Source: Nitrospinales bacterium (lineage in GTDB: Bacteria; Nitrospinota; Nitrospinia; Nitrospinales; VA-1). Taken from it: a stretch of 64,000 nucleotides of DNA. The stretch covers positions 2,880,001 through 2,944,000 of the forward strand of contig CBDCWG010000012.1 in the NCBI GenBank assembly GCA_965223345.1. Reading direction: 5' to 3'. Below are positions 59,814 through 64,000 of the stretch, piece after piece. The stretch's first letter is position 1, and each line of letters opens with the position of its first letter. A model generated the notes under the pieces. It was given only the letters and a program-made list of their open reading frames with translations, ran no database searches and had not been told where the DNA came from. Both the position numbers and the translations under genes were made by a program.

Positions 59814-59870
59814 GGATACCGCGTCCTCTTTCCTGAAAACGAGCGCCGCATTCCGGTTGGGAGGCCTGGC

Positions 59871-60800
59871 ATGAGCATACTGGTGACCGGAGGTGCGGGT
59901 TTCATCGGCTCGCACATTGTGGACGCGTACGTGGAAGCCGGCCACCGGGTGGTGGTGATCGACGACCTGTCTTCCGGCAAACGCGAGCAGGTGCATCCGA
60001 AAGCGGCGTTTCACGAGATGGACATTCTCAGTCCGGACGTGGAGCGGGTGCTCGCCGAGGAAAACATCGAAATCGTCAACCACCACGCCGCGCAGATTTC
60101 GGTGACGGCGTCGGTGTCCGATCCGGAACGGGATGCGCGGGTCAACATCCTGGGCAGCCTCAACCTGTTGCGCCACGCGGCGGCCCGCGGCGTGAAGAAA
60201 TTCATCTTCGCGTCCACAGGCGGCGCGCTGTACGGGATGCAGGAACGCTATCCGGCCGATGAAAACCATCCCGTCCGGCCGATCAGCCCCTACGGCATCT
60301 CAAAATACTGTGTGGAAAACTATCTGGCTTTTTTCCACGCCACGCACGGCCTCACTCCCATCATCCTGCGCTACAGCAACGTCTTCGGCCCCAGGCAGGA
60401 CCCGCACGGGGAAGCGGGGGTGGTGGCGATCTTTTCCGACCGTTTTTTAAACGACACCGCACCCACCATCTTCGGGGACGGCAAGCAGACCCGCGACTTC
60501 ATTTCCGTGTTCGACGTGGTTCGGGCCAACGTGCGGGCGCTGTCCTGCCCCCTCACCGGGGCGCACCACATCAGTACCGGCAAGGAAACCTCGGTCAACG
60601 AGCTGTGCGCGCAGTTCAACAAGCTGACCGGGAAAAACCTCACGCCGCGCCACGAACCGGCCCGTCCGGGAGAGGTGGACCGCAGCGTGCTGGACGCCGG
60701 CAGATTCCGGAAGGCCGCCGGCTGGCAGGCCGAGGACACGCTGGAATCCGGGCTGAAAAAGACCTACGAGTATTTTTTCGAGAAAGCCGCCGCCTCCTGA
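59871..60800 (+). CDS. NAD-dependent epimerase/dehydratase (UDP-glucose 4-epimerase-like)
   Basis: LVTGGAGFIGSH, YGISK, RYSNVFGPRQDPHGEAGVV, GDGKQTRDF. Confidence 0.93.
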   Translation: MSILVTGGAGFIGSHIVDAYVEAGHRVVVIDDLSSGKREQVHPKAAFHEMDILSPDVERVLAEENIEIVNHHAAQISVTASVSDPERDARVNILGSLNLLRHAAARGVKKFIFASTGGALYGMQERYPADENHPVRPISPYGISKYCVENYLAFFHATHGLTPIILRYSNVFGPRQDPHGEAGVVAIFSDRFLNDTAPTIFGDGKQTRDFISVFDVVRANVRALSCPLTGAHHISTGKETSVNELCAQFNKLTGKNLTPRHEPARPGEVDRSVLDAGRFRKAAGWQAEDTLESGLKKTYEYFFEKAAAS

Positions 60801-61052
60801 CTCCCCCTCGCCTTTCCTCACCCATCCTCTGAAAAACCGCTTCTTTTTGCCACCCCACCCCGCACGTTTTGCAACGCCATGCCGAAATCACAAAAACCCT
60901 TGTAAAATCGCAATTTATGCAATAATCGCTGAGAAAGCGGGTTCGTGACCCATTCGTGACCGACTCCCAACCTGACCGCAACATATTGAATTTATACTGG
61001 TTTCATAGTCCAGACGGGACTTACCGGATCAAACGTGCGAAAGGAGGCGGAT

Positions 61053-61322
61053 ATGGATTATTGGACTGCAGATATGACGATGGGGATCGTCCTGTTCCTG
61101 GTGGGTGTGGTGATTCTGAACGCCTGCAGCTGGATCGAAATCCTCAATCACAAGAAGATGAAGGATCTGCGCAGGCTCTCTCTGTATGGCCGGCGCCGGT
61201 TCGATAGCATGGCCACGGTGCCGCAGACCCTGCGCAGCACGCTGCTGACCCTGACGGGCAGCGCGGTATCTTTGACCGGACTGATCATGCTGTTCCAGTC
61301 CATCAACTGGACCGACTTTTAA
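61053..61322 (+). CDS. Small hypothetical membrane protein (2 TM helices)
   Basis: AAGGAGG RBS; two hydrophobic helices around a basic loop. Confidence 0.7.
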   Translation: MDYWTADMTMGIVLFLVGVVILNACSWIEILNHKKMKDLRRLSLYGRRRFDSMATVPQTLRSTLLTLTGSAVSLTGLIMLFQSINWTDF

Positions 61323-61347
61323 GCGCGACCCGTTCTTTGCCTGCGCT

Positions 61348-62013
61348 TTAAAAGGCGAAGCGCAAGCCGACTTCAAAGTTGTGGACGCCGGTCAGCGTCG
61401 TGACCTGCCGGTACGCGGAATCCTGGGTGCCCAGGTAACGATACCCCAGCCCCAGATCCAGGTTTTCGCTCAGGGTGGAGGTCACCCCCATCAATCCCTG
61501 ATACGCCAGCCAGTGGTCGTAGCCGTCCCGCAGCCCCTGCACACTGCCGCCAAAACGCTTCAACGTCCCTTGTTGCCAGGCAACGCCCAGTCCGAAACCG
61601 ATATACGGCGTGAACAGCGAATTCGTGCGGATGTCGTAAAGCGTGTTGACGACCAGCGACCGCGTGTCCCAGATGCGCGCCGTTTCTTCCGCAAAACCGT
61701 CCCCGCCCAAGGGGCCGGAAAACCTTCGCTCCTGAAAAGAGGCTGGATCGGGGGGATGGATGCCGGAATTGAACTTTAAATCGAAGGTATCTCCCAATCC
61801 AAACCCGTGGCCCGATTGCAGTTCCATACGGGTGCGGGTCTCAAAACTGCTGACCTCCTCGAACAGGCGAACCCAAGACGGGTCGGGCTTCCAATAGTCC
61901 CGACTGAAAAGGCTCCAAACTGAAGGTTCCGTCCCGCTGGGCGAGTTTTCGGCCCATGCGGTGCTGGAAAAAAATAAGAGGATGCAAGTGACAGTGACGA
62001 TTCTGGAAACCAT
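61348..62013 (-). CDS. Outer membrane beta-barrel protein (8-stranded, opacity/OmpW-like)
   Basis: Signal peptide, LVVNTLYD, TPYIGFGLG, LAYQGLMG, LGYRYL, C-terminal VGLRFAF. Confidence 0.85.
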   Translation of the reverse strand: MVSRIVTVTCILLFFSSTAWAENSPSGTEPSVWSLFSRDYWKPDPSWVRLFEEVSSFETRTRMELQSGHGFGLGDTFDLKFNSGIHPPDPASFQERRFSGPLGGDGFAEETARIWDTRSLVVNTLYDIRTNSLFTPYIGFGLGVAWQQGTLKRFGGSVQGLRDGYDHWLAYQGLMGVTSTLSENLDLGLGYRYLGTQDSAYRQVTTLTGVHNFEVGLRFAF

Positions 62014-62290
62014 TGCCCTGACCTCCTGGAAACTCCCCTTGTGTGCTGCGACACCCCCCGCTTTACATCATGCTCCCGTTTTGCTTCTCCCCCCGCCAAA
62101 GGCTTGACATTTTTGGCCATGCAACAATATAAGAGCAATCCCCGTGCCGGAAATTCCCATAAAATTACTGAAAAATTATGGGTTATCGAGACTTCTTTGA
62201 GATCGGGAGGTTAACGGGAAAGGCCTGAACGATCGATCCAGGTCGCGGGATGCTACCTTGCGTCAAAATTTCCGACAGGGCGGCGCTGTC

Positions 62291-62977
62291 TTATTCGGGT
62301 TTGCCGCCGCCGGCGGAACGGGCGCAGCGGACCCCGACATAGTGGAAGCGCTGGTTGGGCAGCGAGAGGATGCGGTGATGGGAACGCAGGCTTTTCGGCG
62401 AATTGCGCCAGGAACCGCCGCGCACCACTTTTCCCTGCACTTCGTGGTCGCTGGCGGTCCATTCCCAGACGTTGCCGGCCATGTCGTGCAGCCCCCAGGC
62501 ATTGGGCAGCTTTTGCGCCACCGGGTGGGTCTGCTTGTTCGCGTTGCCTTTGTGCCAGGCGTAGCGATCGTCCATCCTGTCTCCCCAGGGATAGCGGGTA
62601 GAGGTTCCGGCGCGGGCGGCTTTTTCCCATTCGTGCTCGGTCGGCAGGCGCTTTCCGATTTTTTCGCAGTATTCCTGCGCTTCAAACCAGTTCATATCTT
62701 CGACCGGACGGCGCGGGCCTTTAAAAAAAGAAGGATTGAACCCGATGCGCTTTTCATAGGCTTCCTGCGTCACTTCGGTTTTGTCGATGTAAAACGCGGC
62801 CACGCTCTTTTCCTCGATCGCACCGGGCCGTCCCGACGGATAGGCGCCGCCCTCGATCCGCACCATGCCGGCGAACTCCCCTTTCCTGGCGGGTTCGGCG
62901 GCAACGCCATTGGCAAGCAGGGCGGTTGCGCATAAAACGATCGCAACGAGAGGATAACCGGGGTGGGTTCGCATCAT
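62291..62977 (-). CDS. Secreted FGE-sulfatase (SUMF1) domain protein
   Basis: Signal peptide; KRLPTEHEWEKAARAG, NAWGLHDMAGNVWEW, RGGSW, GVRCA. Confidence 0.9.
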   Translation of the reverse strand: MMRTHPGYPLVAIVLCATALLANGVAAEPARKGEFAGMVRIEGGAYPSGRPGAIEEKSVAAFYIDKTEVTQEAYEKRIGFNPSFFKGPRRPVEDMNWFEAQEYCEKIGKRLPTEHEWEKAARAGTSTRYPWGDRMDDRYAWHKGNANKQTHPVAQKLPNAWGLHDMAGNVWEWTASDHEVQGKVVRGGSWRNSPKSLRSHHRILSLPNQRFHYVGVRCARSAGGGKPE

Positions 62978-63305
62978 GAAAAGGAATGGAATGGGGTTGA
63001 ATCGAGCGCAATCACTGCCCGCAACAGCGTCAGATTAACACGAAAACGCGGCGTGCAATTTCCCGGGACGAAAGCCGATGCGAAACCGCACGAGGAAACC
63101 TGAGCCAAGGTTTTCAATTCAATAAATTTTCCCCCGTCGAGGCCATCCGATAAATCCGTATCACAACGTACTTTAACCCCCTGATCAAGGCAGTTCAAAA
63201 CCCATTGATATAGTGTGCCTTATGAACTTTCCGACTGAAAAATCCGGCATTTATCGGTAATCTGATAGAAATCGCAGTTTATTTTCAGGAGGGGGGAGCA
63301 CCGAC

Positions 63306-64000
63306 ATGGGCAACGGCAAAAAAGAAACCGAACGTTTCAACCTTTGGGCTAATAAAATCAAAGAGTTGGTCAAAGAGACCGAATCGTTCGGCACCGAAAT
63401 CCACAAAGAGCTGCAGGCGATCAAGCAGTCGCAGGAGAAAAATCTGCGTCTGCTGAAGGAACAGGAGTATCAGCTTGAAATCGGCGACGAGGAACTCACC
63501 AAGGCGAAAGACGAGATCAAGCAGCTCAAACTGCAAGTCAAAAAAGTCGAGAAGCTGGAGTCCGCTGGCGAAGACCTCGTCAAGGCGAAGGACGAAATCA
63601 AGCAACTCAAGATCCAGTTGAAGGACGCCCAGAAATGGGAAATGGCGGATGAAGAACTGCAGGAAGCGAAAAAGGAAATCAAGGAGCTGAACGATCAGGT
63701 CAAGGAACTGCAGAAATTCGAACTCGCCGAAGAGGAACTTCAGGAGGCGAAGCAGGAAATCAAAGAACTGAAAATCAGGGTCAAAAAAGCCGAGAAGCTG
63801 GAAGGCCCCGGCGGGGAGTTGACCCAGGCGAAAGAAAAAATCAAGCAGCTGAGCGCCAAGCTCAAGGAAGCGCAGAAGTGGGAAACGGTCGAGGAAGAGC
63901 TGCTGGAAGCCCGCGAAGAAGTGCAGACGTTAAAGAAGAAGGTCACCGAGCTGAAAAAGCTGGAGGCCACTGCCGCAGAATTGAAAAAGGCCAAGCTGAA
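63306..64000 (+). CDS. Coiled-coil protein built of 27-residue tandem repeats, 3'-truncated by the window edge
   Basis: GGAG RBS, ATG at 63306, open to the end of the window; units such as ELTKAKDEIKQLKLQVKKVEKLESAGE and DLVKAKDEIKQLKIQLKDAQKWEMADE. Confidence 0.85.
   Translation, partial: MGNGKKETERFNLWANKIKELVKETESFGTEIHKELQAIKQSQEKNLRLLKEQEYQLEIGDEELTKAKDEIKQLKLQVKKVEKLESAGEDLVKAKDEIKQLKIQLKDAQKWEMADEELQEAKKEIKELNDQVKELQKFELAEEELQEAKQEIKELKIRVKKAEKLEGPGGELTQAKEKIKQLSAKLKEAQKWETVEEELLEAREEVQTLKKKVTELKKLEATAAELKKAKL

Noticed and set aside
60943..60962. Tandem TTCGTGACC direct repeat upstream of the small membrane gene
   Set aside because: Only two 9-bp copies; it could be a regulator site but is not distinguishable from chance.
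38482..62977. Possible diversity-generating retroelement, since FGE and DUF1566 C-type-lectin folds are common DGR targets
   Set aside because: No reverse transcriptase, and I found no template/variable repeat pair differing only at adenines in the window.

Overview
Bacterial chromosomal window of moderately high GC, mostly housekeeping genes. The gene repertoire (ilvN-ilvC-psd-pssA-accD block, several DUF1566 and FGE-sulfatase paralogs, TPR-rich proteins, Cld-like protein, ferredoxin-type nitrite/sulfite reductase-TusA fusion) suggests a Nitrospina/Nitrospinota-like organism, but this is inference only. The window starts inside an Rhs polymorphic toxin followed by a lipoprotein immunity candidate. 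Core genes include alr, pyrD, rph, nth, ilvN, ilvC, psd, pssA, accD, selO, rocD, mlaA, gltA, clpS, yraN, yicC, gmk, hisC, mltG and panE. A compositionally patchy accessory stretch lies at about 19.4-27.7 kb, and the window ends in a 27-residue-repeat coiled-coil protein. I saw no rRNA, tRNA, CRISPR array, integrase, transposase or reverse transcriptase. The most notable observations are: an apparent frameshift hiding the true Rhs toxin C-terminus; a bactofilin-TM-TPR trans-envelope fusion; a secreted His/Met-rich EGSG-repeat peptide; a candidate anti-Shine-Dalgarno hairpin sRNA; an AT-rich gene bracketed by GTCCGC...GCGGAC-type palindromes; a composite repeat element present twice; a His-less cNMP/HisKA pseudo-kinase; a leaderless RHH-like gene with its own operator; and PCP_red-Cld and reductase-HEPN-TusA fusions.
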